In this document: piece after piece, positions 39,127-50,167 of the stretch
Position numbering within the stretch: position 1 is the stretch's first letter
How the letters are laid out: each line of letters begins with the position of its first letter
NCBI GenBank assembly: GCA_026770705.1
Contig: JANJGN010000026.1
Span: forward strand, 29,636,001 to 29,700,000
Reading direction: 5' to 3'
Source: Isurus oxyrinchus
Taxonomy: Eukaryota
Length of the DNA stretch: 64,000 nucleotides
Program-made: the position numbers and the translations under genes
The notes under the pieces: generated by a model
The model's input: the letters and a program-made list of their open reading frames with translations, nothing else
Told to the model about the DNA's origin: nothing
The model's database searches: none

Positions 39127-39166
39127 CACACTGATGCAGAGAGATAGCGGATCCCGAACAGAAGCC
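39127..39166 (+). other. Recombination signal sequence (CACACTG, 23/24-bp spacer, ACAGAAGCC)
   Basis: Directly follows the YFCAIK codons. Confidence 0.75.
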
Positions 39167-39241
39167 CAATGGGTGTTCCTGTTAATTCCCAACAGAGGGC
39201 GCTCTAACACCGTTTAACAGAAACAACAATCCCACCTCGAT

Positions 39242-39441
39242 AACAAAAACAGAATTACCTGGAAAAACTCAGCAGGTCTGGCAGCATCGGCGGAGAAGAA
39301 AAGAGTTGACGTTTCTCGAGTCCTCATGACCCTTCGACAGAACTCTTTTCTTCTCCGCCGATGCTGCCAGACCTGCTGAGTTTTTCCAGGTAATTCTGTT
39401 TTTGTTTTGGATTTCCAGCATCCGCAGTTTTTTCTGTTTTT
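39242..39441. mobile_element. Penelope-like fold-back insertion with 13-bp TSD and hammerhead motif in the loop
   Basis: TSD atcccacctcgat at 39229-39241 and 39442-39454; inverted arms ~39242-39307 and ~39341-39406. Confidence 0.85.
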
Positions 39442-39959
39442 ATCCCACCTCGATTGCGAGTCACAGGGACCTTCCAAAAAAATCATAACAAATCACAAAC
39501 CTCAACATTAAGAGGTGAAAAACACTTGTGAAATTGTATTAGTTAATTTCAAGTCGAATTTGGACTATTGCCGACCGTCATAAACCGATTTGATCACTTT
39601 AATTTATTTTTTGCCTTTTAATGCAGTTTCAGTGACTGTCTGTAATAGTGAGTTCCCCTTTCCCCATCTCGCCTGTCAGGTTCTTGGAGCCTTTGGTCGC
39701 GGCCTGTTCTCAGGATTTATTTGTTCAGAGTGTGTTGCTGGGCCAGACACATTTTGTTCACAACGAGCAGAGTTCACCAGATCGTTAACACAAACCTCAG
39801 GTATAGGGTCCCCATCCAGCTTCAGAACGTTTCCTTAATGCTGGGATGTTTTCTGTTACCATTATTAATCTCGAGTTTACTGGTGATGATTAACAGACCA
39901 GAGTTTCACTCTCTCCACTCCCGTCTCTAAAGGTGCAGCCATTCCTCTATCAGGACATT

Positions 39960-40190
39960 GACTGTAGTCCAGCTCAGGGTGTTTCCATTCAATGTCAGAC
40001 AGCTCACCACCAACGGATCTCACAGAACCAGAGAGACAAGGAAGTCAGGTGAGAACATTCCTAGACATGACAGCAAATTATTGAGGGTGGGGATTAGAAA
40101 AGGTGTCTTCAGATCTGACTCTGTGATGGCCTTTTGGTCGGATCCGATTCTGCCATTTGTTTTCTTGGCCGCTCCTGGGAACATTTGGTG
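39960..40190 (+). promoter_or_regulatory. Orphan V promoter plus leader-like sequence, inverted paralog of the V2 promoter
   Basis: cagctcagggtgtttc...ggaagtcaggtgagaaca...gagggtgggg.ttagaa..ggtgtcttca matches the reverse complement of 41185-41345; followed by MAFWSDPILPFVFLAAPGNI|GT. Confidence 0.55.
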
Positions 40191-40329
40191 ACAGTTTGAT
40201 CGGAGGTGAATGTGTTTTCCTCTCGAAGTGTGTCTGAGGGGTTGACAGCGCCACTGTAGATTGTGGCTGCATCTGTCCACCATTCTACACAAACCCCAAG
40301 TCAGGAGCTCCAAGCCACAGACCTAAGGC

Positions 40330-40368
40330 AGTTTTTGTACAGGGGCCAGACCGTTTTCCATCACTGTG
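40330..40368 (-). other. Canonical 23-RSS (CACAGTG-23-ACAAAAACT)
   Basis: Heptamer 40362-40368, nonamer 40330-40338. Confidence 0.95.
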
Positions 40369-41151
40369 AGTTTGAGAGCGCAGCAATATATGGTAGTGTC
40401 AGTCAGCTGCATACCCGAGATGGTTAAACTGGTGAATTTATTCGAGGTCTGGAGCTCGACTGAGAAATGGCTTGTAGCGAAATTTGCTTTATCTTCACTA
40501 CCACTCCAATGTTTCCACAGTATAAACTCAGGCTGTGTACCTGGGTGTTGCCAGTGCCAGTATAAATGACAGCTCCTCCGTGTAGTTTCATGAGTACAGC
40601 TTAAAGTCACCGATTCTCCTTCTGCCATAACATATGGGGACAACGGCTAAGTGACAGAGTCTCCATGACCTGCATCTGAACAATATGTTCACGTTTTTGT
40701 TAAATATTCAGGAGATAGGGGTTGTAGGCTTAGGTGGCTGAATCAGCATTTATTGCCTATCCCAGTTGCCCTTGGTGGTGATAATTGAGGGTTTGCTAGG
40801 TCATTTCAGAGGGCATTTTTTGAAAGAGGCAGCAACATTTCTGTGGGCCTGGAGCCACACGGAGACAAGGCCAGATAAGGACGGCAGATTTTCTTCTCCA
40901 AAGGAGAGAACCAGATGGGATTTTACAACAATCGATTCATCATAATTTTTATCCCAGGTTTCTAATGAAATCAAATGTCATAATCTACCATGACGGGATC
41001 CAAACCTGGAACCCCAGAGCATTAACCTGAGTTTCTGGATTACATTGCGTCCCTTCATGGTTTAAAACTGAGAGAAAATATGAAACGTGTGTGGTCCACA
41101 ATTACCTGTCAGAAATTCCCCACACACAACCCAGATGTTGAGTAAACTCAT
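40369..41151 (-). pseudogene. TCR alpha/delta-type V gene V2 with one nonsense codon (leader 41106-41151, V exon 40369-40675)
   Basis: MSLLNIWVVCGEFLT|DAGHGDSVT*PLSPYVMAEGESVTLSC..LYWHWQHPGTQPEFIL..FTSLTISGMQLTDTTIYCCALK; TAG at 40647-40649; canonical GT/AG. Confidence 0.93.
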
Positions 41152-42019
41152 TGTCGCTCTCCGCTCTGTGAAAGGGCAGTTGGATATTTGAAGACACCCG
41201 TTCTAAACCCCACCCTCTATAACTGTTGTCGTATCTCAGGCTGTTCTCACCTCACTTCCTTCTCTCCCCGATGATACTGTGACAACAGTACATGGTGAGC
41301 TGGCTGCCAGTGATCAGAAACACCCTGAGCTGGGATTCAGTCAGTGGCTTCATAGGGCGATTGTTTCAGTTTTGTAGAAAAGATGGTAGCCTGGATATTG
41401 AAACTGTCAAACACAGGATTGTTCATGGGTTTGGCTTTTTCAGGGTAAATCTGTTCTCAATAAACATTTTCGTCTCACTATCAGGACATGAGCAACAGTG
41501 AGATTTTCCTCGTGAACCACTTAATGAGTAATTTGACTATGATTATATATCTTGTCGGACTGATTTATGGACTTATCATATTAAAGCGATTTATGTTGTT
41601 ACCGCCAAAACAATTGAACAGACTTAAAGGATAAACTCTTCTGATAATGTAAATGAGGAGGCGATGGCACACTGGTATTGTCGGTGGACTAGTAATCCAG
41701 AGATCCAGGGTAATGCCCTGGGGACCCCGGTTTGCCACGGCAGATGGTGGAATTTGAATTCAATAAAAATCTGGAATTAAAAGTCTTATTGTCGCCTGTT
41801 GTAAAAATCCATCTGGTGCACTAATGTCCTTTAGCGAAGGAAATCTGCTGCCCTTATCTGGCCTGGCCTCTCTGACAGCGCCTATCAGGCCACTCGGTTG
41901 TATGAAAACATTACAAAATCTCAAAAAGGAATGGGCGGACTGCCCTGAATCGACTAAGACATCAGACAAAGCAACGGCAAACTCAACCCTGTCGACCCTG
42001 CAAATTCCTCCTTACTAAG

Positions 42020-42500
42020 TGTTTAGACTTACAGACGTTTGCCACGCTGAAGAATGCCACTCGGCCCATCGTGTCCGTGCCGGTCAACAAAGATCTGACC
42101 ACACTAATCCCATTTCCCAGCGATTGGCCTATAGCCCTGGTGGCTATGGCAACACACGTGAATATCTAAATACTTCTCAAATGTTACCAAAATTTTACAC
42201 CCGTTCAGGCAGTGAGTTCCAGACTCCTACCGCCCCCTGTCTGGAACAGAAATCTCCTGACCTCATCTCAGCCTTCTACCTCTTACCTTTAATCTATGCA
42301 TCCCCTGGTTATTGACCCCTCTATTAATGGAAAACGCTCCTTCTTATCTATCCTATCCATGCCCCTGATAATCTTATACACCTCTGTCAATTCGCCTTTC
42401 AACCTTCGCTACTCCAAAGAAAACAACCCCAGCCCGTCCAATCTTTCCTCATAGCTCAGACGCTCCAGCCCAAGCAGCTACTGGTAAATCTCCTCTACAG
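42020..42500 (-). mobile_element. CR1 LINE 3' fragment abutting the end of V3
   Basis: Reverse CR1 C-terminus (aatctttcctcatagct, cccctggttattgaccc). Confidence 0.75.
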
Positions 42501-42504
42501 CAGT

Positions 42505-42805
42505 GCAGGGACTCATGGTACAGCATGGTACCGGGGTCGGAGACCAAGGCTTTACTAATCGTTGACTCAGTGATCTCATTAGTTTTAGCAAACCTAAGAG
42601 AGAATCAGTCTGCAAAGTAGAACTTTCAATTTGTTATCCATCCATGGAGAGGGTGGACAGCGGAGGGTGCCTGGAATGTTGACTACTCCACAACACATAA
42701 GAGTCAGAATAACTTGGATGAAGGTGCAGTTCAGGGTGATAATACTTTCCTCTTCAGCCGTCATTTCAGCAGCCGACTATTCTACTGTGTGTTGATGGCC
42801 CAATT
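42505..42805 (-). pseudogene. Degraded TCR V pseudogene V3
   Basis: Acceptor, then ELGHQHTVE*SAAEMTAEEESIITLNCTF...FAD*FSLRFAKTNEITESTISKALVSD. Confidence 0.75.
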
Positions 42806-43389
42806 CTGACATAAATGTTGGGAATAGTCTCATCATCAGCAACATCATTATCAGTGCATTGTTTTATTCATTTACGGGATTTGGGCTTCTCTGGCTGAGC
42901 TAGCATTTATTGCCCATCCCTAACTGTCATTGAGAAGGTGGTGATGAGCTGCCTTCTTGAACGCTACAATCCGTGTGGTGCAGGTAAACAAACACAAGGA
43001 ATCGCAGGATTTAAAATGAAGTTGGCATCAGCTCCCGTGTGTCTGTTCGTCTGCATTTAATTATATTACAATAGTAATAATATTAACAGGAATAATGCGA
43101 CACAAATATGCAAGAACATCGTTCAATAAGTTGAGAACCTGGTGATTTTTCCAATTAGTGCCCATTTACCTCAGATCGCCACCAGATGGGGCTCCTACAT
43201 CGTGCTTGTTTGTTTGCTGCCACAGGAAGGGCACAATAACATGACGGTTAAGATCTTGATCTAGTAATCCAGGAGGCCATGTAGTTCTCGGAAGTCAACC
43301 TTTCCATCTCATGTGTTGCATAATGTTAATTTTCTTTCCCTCCTGGAATTCCTGCTTCTTATTAGGGCACTGCTTTTCTCACAGTAACA

Positions 43390-44110
43390 ATGTTTCTCTC
43401 ACTATCAATACCTTTGTTTAGCTTGCTGTCTGTTCGTTTGTCTCTCATCGTCTCTCCGTCTATAATGTCTTCATATTCCTACAACTTTTCCCTTCCCCGT
43501 ATCTTCATCCATTTCCCTTCCTATCTACATCTCTCCCTCATTCTCTCACTCTCTCCCACTGTTTACCTCCCAGTCTCTCCTTCACTTCGATCATTCCCAC
43601 CCTTTCTAGTTATTTCCCTCTGTTATCTCCATCTGTTTCTCTCCCTCTCTCTGTCTCTGCCTCTATATTTATCACAGTCTCTCCCTCCGAATCACCCACT
43701 GTATTTTCATTTTTGTTCTCTTCATTTCGTGCTTTAATGTGCCCATACTGCTACATCTGTTTTTCCTTCTGTATTTCCATCTAAATCCTACCGTCTCTCT
43801 CTCTATCTGTGTGTGTGAGTGTGTGTGTCTGTGTGTGTGTGTGTGTCCCACTCTCTCTTTCTCTCTCATTTCTACCCTTTATCCCTCTCTCATTTCTCTC
43901 GCTGCTTCTCTCTCTGTTAATCTCCATGTTTCTCCTTCATTTTCTGGCATTGCCTTCCCTCCTGTTTATCCTCGCCCTGTATCTCCATCTGTGTTTTGCT
44001 CACTGTCTTTCACTCAGACTTTCTCTCTATATTTCCATCCGTGTTTCTACCTTTGTCACTCTCTGATTTTTTTCTGTCTGCCTGTCGATATGATTCTCCC
44101 CGCAGACTCT
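43390..44110. repeat. CT/TG low-complexity tract
   Basis: Directly visible. Confidence 0.75.
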
Positions 44111-44499
44111 CCCCCATAGACAGTTTTGAGAAAAACAACAAGTATTTAGATGAATGGTGGTGCTCTAGTCCATCTTAAATTCTCAATGCATTGAAAATGT
44201 CCAAGTGTGCCTTATACATTCTATTCCCTGGAGATTAATTAGCATTAAATTACGTTTACTGTTATAGAAGGCGAGGTTAGTCAATTATGTGCAGCCACTG
44301 CAGGCACTACAATTCATGTGTATCCGGCCCTGGGCACAACAACAGGCCTCAAATGCTCGTACATTAAAGGCATTCGTTTCCAAAACCAATTGCGGTCATT
44401 CATTATTTTTGAGCTCTAATTAAACGCAGGGGAAATTGCAGCGTTAAAACAACCGAGGCACTCAGTCTGCATCAGACACAATTGATGTATACGCTTGTA

Positions 44500-44630
44500 C
44501 GAAAGCAAAATACTATGGGTGCTGGAGATTTGGAATGAAAGTAGAACATGCTGGAAAGGTCTGGCAACATCTGTGGAGAGAGAAGCAGATTGAACGTTTC
44601 GGGTCCAATATTAGTCTCCTTCTGAATTCC
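44500..44630 (-). mobile_element. Older Penelope-like pseudo-LTR fragment
   Basis: tgctgga...tgctggaaaggtctggcaacatctgtggagagag...aacgtttc. Confidence 0.55.
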
Positions 44631-44895
44631 GGTCTTGCCCACCAGTACTTCCTGAGCAAAAAGAGACAGTTGTGGCTTTTATTGAAAAGGATAGATGAGA
44701 AATCTGGTTCCAGATGGCATATCAGCGTTGGATTGAACCCTTGCCCTCCGTGACGATATGAAAGATATTTACCATGAAATTAATGTTCTTGACTGCAAAT
44801 CCCAATAATTCCCAATTAAACTAATCCTCCAGTAATATTCCTGATCCACCGAGCGCAGAAACCAAGAAACACAATGAATGAAGTTACAGCTTCAT
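44630..44895 (-). pseudogene. Leader (44850-44895) plus highly degraded V remnant V4
   Basis: Exact 46-bp MKL*LHSLCFLVSAL|GT exon; downstream IVTEGK....*Y is only weakly V-like. Confidence 0.4.
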
Positions 44896-45769
44896 CTTTT
44901 TGATCTTTAGCGAGGACTGACAATCTCCACACCCAACGCTACTCTCCTCAGTACGGTTGACTTCTTTATGAATTACAGGTCCACAGACACCATCCGTTCA
45001 GCAGGGAAAGTGTTTACAGGGTCGGCTGAAGTCTGTTACTGTTTTACTGCTATTGTTTTCTCATGTTGCTAACCTTCAGCTCTTGTCTGTTGGCCAGGTC
45101 TGTGCCGGAAACAGTGTTTAGTTCAGTCAGGCGGAGATCAATGCACCATACTGCAGAGGAGGAGTCCATTCGGCCCATTGTGCTTGCGCCAGCTCTTCAC
45201 ATGCCCAATGCAATTAATCCCTCATCTCCGCTCTTTCCCCAAACCCAAGACAATTCTTCATTCACGTGTTTGTAACATTATTCAATTAATTCAAATTAAA
45301 AAGGAAGTAACGGAAAGTAGTCAGGAATAGAGGTTACCATTTCAAATGAAAAGTCTGTTTCATTTTAAACATTATGATGAATGATTAAGATATTAAGAAT
45401 GTAAATATGTTGTAAATATATTTCACTGAGCAGAGTTTGTCTGATTCATCTACTGCTTGCCTCTCCCACTCTGCTCAACCCTTTCAGTCAATCCCCATTT
45501 CATTCATGTAATAGGTGGAATTCATGTAATTGACAGTGTCGCTTTACTCAAAGCTTTCAGAGCACCCTGGTCCTCTATAACCGCCTTTCTATTAGCCATG
45601 GATTGCCCTAATGACCAGTGAGAAGCTCTTTTCACGTGAGCTTCCGGCATTGATACCAGCGCAATATGAACACTTTCCATTCACTCTACCCATCTCGCAG
45701 ACTCAAACAGTTGAAGAGATCACATTGTGTTTAATTCTTGTCCTTCTCCCTGTTCCATTCACTGCTGCC

Positions 45770-45940
45770 CGCTCTGATGTCACGAATTGGAGAGTAAAGG
45801 AGCTCTCAGCTGATTGGCCGAATAACAGATTAAAGGACCCGATTGGATGCCACCTGCTGATTCTGTCAGGAATGAACCAATAGGCAGAGACGCCGGATGT
45901 TGCGCAATATTAACCAAACTCTTCACGAAAACAATTTCAG
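45770..45940 (+). promoter_or_regulatory. Orphan V promoter (family B; CRE-like tgatgtca plus several CCAAT/ATTGG boxes)
   Basis: Aligns with 50920-51100, which precedes leader V9; no leader follows here. Confidence 0.6.
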
Positions 45941-46366
45941 GTACACGCCCTCTGCTCTGAAAACATCCCCAGCAGAAGGGGTGGAGATAATGAGTGTGGG
46001 AGCCTGCTCCCGGTGCTGACGGTACAGTTGTATGAAATAGAAACCAGCAGTGGTCGCATAACTGAAATTAATGTTCACCGAGTCTCCTTCAAACTGTTGC
46101 ACTCTCTCCGGCTCCTGCGAAACAGAGTCCGCAGCATGAATACCTGCAGAAATTTAGAAATACAGAACTTTAACTTTTTATGAGAATTTTTTTTATCACC
46201 GATTGTTATTGAGTTAAAAGAATATATGCAAATACAGGTAAAAGGTAGTTAAAGTGAAGATTACTGTCTCAGTGTCACCATCAGGATGAAAATTGTGTAA
46301 CTTGTGAATCTTACCAGTTAAGAGAGATGCAGCTGCGAGGAATAATTAAAAAGTAACACCCATCAT
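45940..46366 (-). pseudogene. 3'-truncated TCR V pseudogene V5 (leader 46315-46366, V exon ~45940-46143)
   Basis: MMGVTF*LFLAAASLLT|GIHAADSVSQEPERVQQFEGDSVNINFSYATTAGFYFIQLYRQHREQAPTLII; conserved C and W lost. Confidence 0.85.
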
Positions 46367-46454
46367 GTTCACTGAGCTGATGGTAGATTCGAACACAATG
46401 TGTTTCACCAGAATTGCTTTGTTGTTGAGTATTAACCGGACCTCGCAGTCGATT

Positions 46455-46607
46455 GGTTCACCCCTGAAAGAGTTAACAGTTGAATGTGTATAGAATGTGT
46501 CAAAATCTGTGCTTAAATATAACCCATGAAACACACACTGAAGATTTTAGCTCAGACTCACCGGGTAGCATGACCTTTATTATCAGTAAAGTACACAAGG
46601 AACACGT
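46455..46607 (-). pseudogene. Family-A leader (46562-46607) and intron; V exon deleted
   Basis: 46-bp (ACG)CSLCTLLIIKVMLP|GTGAGT exon homologous to the V1 and V8 leaders; family-A promoter at 46690-46810. Confidence 0.7.
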
Positions 46608-47257
46608 GGTTCCTGATTCGATAGTAAACAGCACGCCATTTAAAATATGTTGACGCTTGGAGTCTTACACTAAAGGCACTTTTCTCCTTTTGGGGAACTG
46701 AGGGGCGTTTCTCAGCCCTGCGATTGGCTGCTCTCTCAGATATTAAGTCAGCTCTAGACCAATCACTGTTGGTTCAGCGTAATATACAGCTGACACTGAC
46801 CAATCACCTTCCACCTCTGGCTCTTTGTCTGTCTTTCTCGTTCCCTTGCTCTGTCTCACATAATCAATCACTCTGTCTCTTTCTCGCTTTAACTCGCTTT
46901 CCTTATAATTCAACGTCTCTATCTTTAGATAGATAGATCTTTCTCTCTCATTAAGGCATTGTACTGGTCATCTTGTACTGGTAAAGTGCCAATTTTAGTC
47001 ATTCACTATTTTTACCCCAGAAACTCTGAAATGTGCCGTGCCTTAGGCCGCCTTTGAAACTAGATGTTTGAATTTGATCCTGGAGTTAAAATGATCGTTA
47101 AATGTCACATTTCCCAACAATGACAAACATTGACCTTAACGAGAGGAATCAACTCGGATTAGACTGCATTGTTGCATTCATTCTCTGCGCAGGTTCTCTG
47201 GGGTTGAACTTCTTGCGTTTTCTTGATATTTGAACCCTTGATTGTCGACCTGCGCCC

Positions 47258-47296
47258 AGTTTCTGGATGAGACCCACGAGACACTCAGTCCCTGTG
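47258..47296 (-). other. 23-RSS (CACAGGG-23-CCAGAAACT)
   Basis: Exact 23-bp spacer after the V6 coding end. Confidence 0.8.
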
Positions 47297-47885
47297 GGCC
47301 CCAGCGCGTAATAATGCACGGAGGTGTCTGTCAACTTCAGCTCTTTCATGGACAAGTGAAAAGTGCTTCGCGGCGGGTTGAGGTTCCTGTTTGAGTGTTT
47401 AAAACGAGAGCCGTATCGTTATACCCGTAACTATCGGCTCTGACCAGATACTGAGGAGTTTGCTGTGGATCCTGGCGATATCAGAACAGGTTATGCTGTG
47501 TAGCTCAACCCGATACAGAGTAACTTGCAGGTTATTGCAGCATCTTCGCCCTCTCCTGCTTCGCAACATTGTTCTGGCTGGGACCCTGAGTCTCCATTTC
47601 TCGTCTCTGAAAATAAACAGCGGATACACAGCGGATTAGAAGGAGCATTAGAAAGAGAATTATCATGCGGAGATGGGAAATTGCACAAGGATCGCGAAAT
47701 AGTGTAGCAAGGTTCCAGTGCCACTGGCCTGTGATCAGGAAAATAATCACAGTCAGAGCAAGTGGGAATGAGGAATAAAAGCTGGCCCAGCCAGCGAAGC
47801 CCACACCCCGTAAATGAATAAAAAAATACAGTTCCACCCCCATGGTTCCAGTCTGATCTCCAGAAACAGAAGCAGCGATCACCGT
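47297..47885 (-). pseudogene. TCR V pseudogene V6 (V exon 47297-47606, degenerate leader ~47838-47885)
   Basis: GDSGSQPE..GEGEDAAITC..NLF*YRQDPQQTPQYLV..STFHLSMKELKLTDTSVHYYALG with frameshifts. Confidence 0.87.
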
Positions 47886-48956
47886 CTGTACCGGACCTGG
47901 AATGGGAGAAATTGACAGAGCCAGTGGGATGATATGCGATTGGCTGGGATTTCTTCACTCTGCCAATTTTCATATCTTCAAGCAGCTACTTCCTGTTGAA
48001 GGGCACCGTGATCTTTAGCAGGTGACCAGAGAGCGCCCTCCCGTGGACAGCACAACGGCTTTAAAAAAAAAGATATCGGCCCACGTGCACAGTCACACAA
48101 ACATCGAGAACTATAAAAACACAGGAATATACACACAGGGGCATACATGAACATACAGACGTATGAACACACAGACATATTTACACAGGTTTACACACAT
48201 GGATACACACGAACATCTAGGCATATGTCCAAGCGCAGTCACAACATTAACAGTGAGCCAACATAAAGCCAGTTATGTTTTTGAGGTTTTTGATGGAAAT
48301 TCGGCTGAGCTGGTTACGACGAAAATCAGAATTATTGATCAGAGCGCGCCTCCTCTGTTCACAATAAACCTGGTACAGCACACAGAATCAAACGTGCCGA
48401 TTCAGTGAAATAGGCGGGCAGACAGGTAAACACATTTACTGACACAAAAACAAATCCACTCCAATGTAGACACAGATGTGGATTAACACAAACATAGAAA
48501 CAGGCAGATAAACACAGTCATAGACACCAAACAGATCTAATTCATCATGGGCCCACATATTGAAAATCACCAACACAGACAGACAAATCAACAGGGTGAT
48601 TGACACAAAACAGATAATGCAGACTTGGAAACAGAGACAGAGAAATACAAATATAAAAACACATCCAACTTGTGCGTTTACCTACTGTGGTTATCTGTTT
48701 GTGCATGCGTTTCTGTACCTGAGGGTTTATGGCAATGTGATTGTGCGGCTCCGCAAGGGTTGTGTTGTCCAGCGGAGGGCGCTCTCTGATCACGTGATCG
48801 CGACCATGTTCCCCTGCGACATGAAGTGGTTGTTCAGAGAGATACAAATGGGGAAGAAATTCTCGCCGACCTGCTGTGATCTCGGCGCTGTTTCAGTTTT
48901 TTTTTACCCCAATGATCAAAATATCTGATTCTAGAGTTCAGACTTGAGCCAAGGAG

Positions 48957-49185
48957 ATGAAACTTTGCCTGGCTTTGGTTATTGTCTCGATCACTAGTCA
49001 GTGATATTGGGCATTTCCTATAATTTTCTCCCATCTTTGTATAATTTCCCAATTCCATCTCTGGGAGATTCGTCTCTTTCTGTCACTTCACTTAATCTGC
49101 TGTGTGTCCGTTGTTTATTTTCAGAGATGAGTGTTGGAGATTCATTGCCCGAGAAAGAGCAAGAAATCGGATCAGAAGATTCCCC
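48957..49185 (+). pseudogene. V7: leader plus 5' stub of V exon, inverted paralog of V6
   Basis: MKLCLALVIVSITSQ*; intron end ctgctgtgtgtccgttgtttattttcag|agatgagtgttggagattca matches the V6 acceptor region. Confidence 0.7.
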
Positions 49186-50167
49186 AGGGATTAACGCAGA
49201 AAATGAATGAGGAAATACATCCTGATCCGATCGTGATCCGCCAGCTTGAAATCACTGCTCTCAGTCTTTGAGAAATTGAAATTTCTCAATCATTTTAATT
49301 TTGGCCAAATTCAGAAATTTCCACTTCCATGCTCAGACTTATGGACTTCTGAATGAATACCCGAGCCAACTGTTGTCGTAAGCGTTCTGTAGACTCTTCA
49401 GGTCATATTTTTAATTGTTATTTCACCAGTGCAGCTATGTTCACTTCATCATGCTTCTGGGCTCTTTTGGCTGTGACTAGTAATGGAGCTCGTTGACTGT
49501 GGCAGTGATGTCAGGGGATGAATTGCGTTTCATTATTTTTCGCTGAAATTGTAAGGGAGAGCGGTGAGCGCTAGAGGGGCGGATATAAAGAGAAGGAGGA
49601 AGAAATAGGCAGTGTGACACCGGGATAAAAAGGAGATCACTGGAATGCATAGGTGTAGAGAGAGATGGAAACAGAAAGACAACGAGTTAAGCAAAGTGAG
49701 TGAGATCAGGACAGAGAGATAAAGAGAGAGGACCAGGAGCGAGAAAGCAGTAGGAACAGGGTGAAAGATGCAAACAGAAAGGCAAAGAGAGGCAGACGCC
49801 GGACTAAACAGATAGATTAACGCCGAAGCACCAAGGGAAAGAGAGGAAGAGAGAGAGAGAGAGAGAGGCCGAGAGACAGATAGACAGAAAGGGAGACACA
49901 GAAGACCGACAGACAGTATCACTCACACAGACAGACAAGGAAAATGTTGGACAGGAGACTTCAGTCATTGGCACACAGCCAGCGCTGGTTGGCATACATC
50001 TGCTGTCAGTTCTGACGGGCCAGACAATCGTGTCAAAGAGAAACGCCCAGAATTCCCACTACAAGCGAAAGCTCCCCCTTCGCTGAATTTGCTCCTTAAT
50101 ATCGGACCAGAAATGTCAACATAGATAAACATTCTGTTCATTTCCATCATAGCTTAAACAAGACACC

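Noticed and set aside
41660-41760. tRNA gene
   Set aside because: tRNA-like head of a SINE with no complete cloverleaf; repeated elsewhere in the window
43390-44178. Leu/Ser-rich hydrophobic ORFs (also 13588-13882, 21769-22301, 49533-49922)
   Set aside because: Translations of CT/GA low-complexity tracts
45080-45135. Possible plus-strand V exon start (VCAGNSV*)
   Set aside because: Too short, interrupted by a repeat, and no leader or RSS to support it
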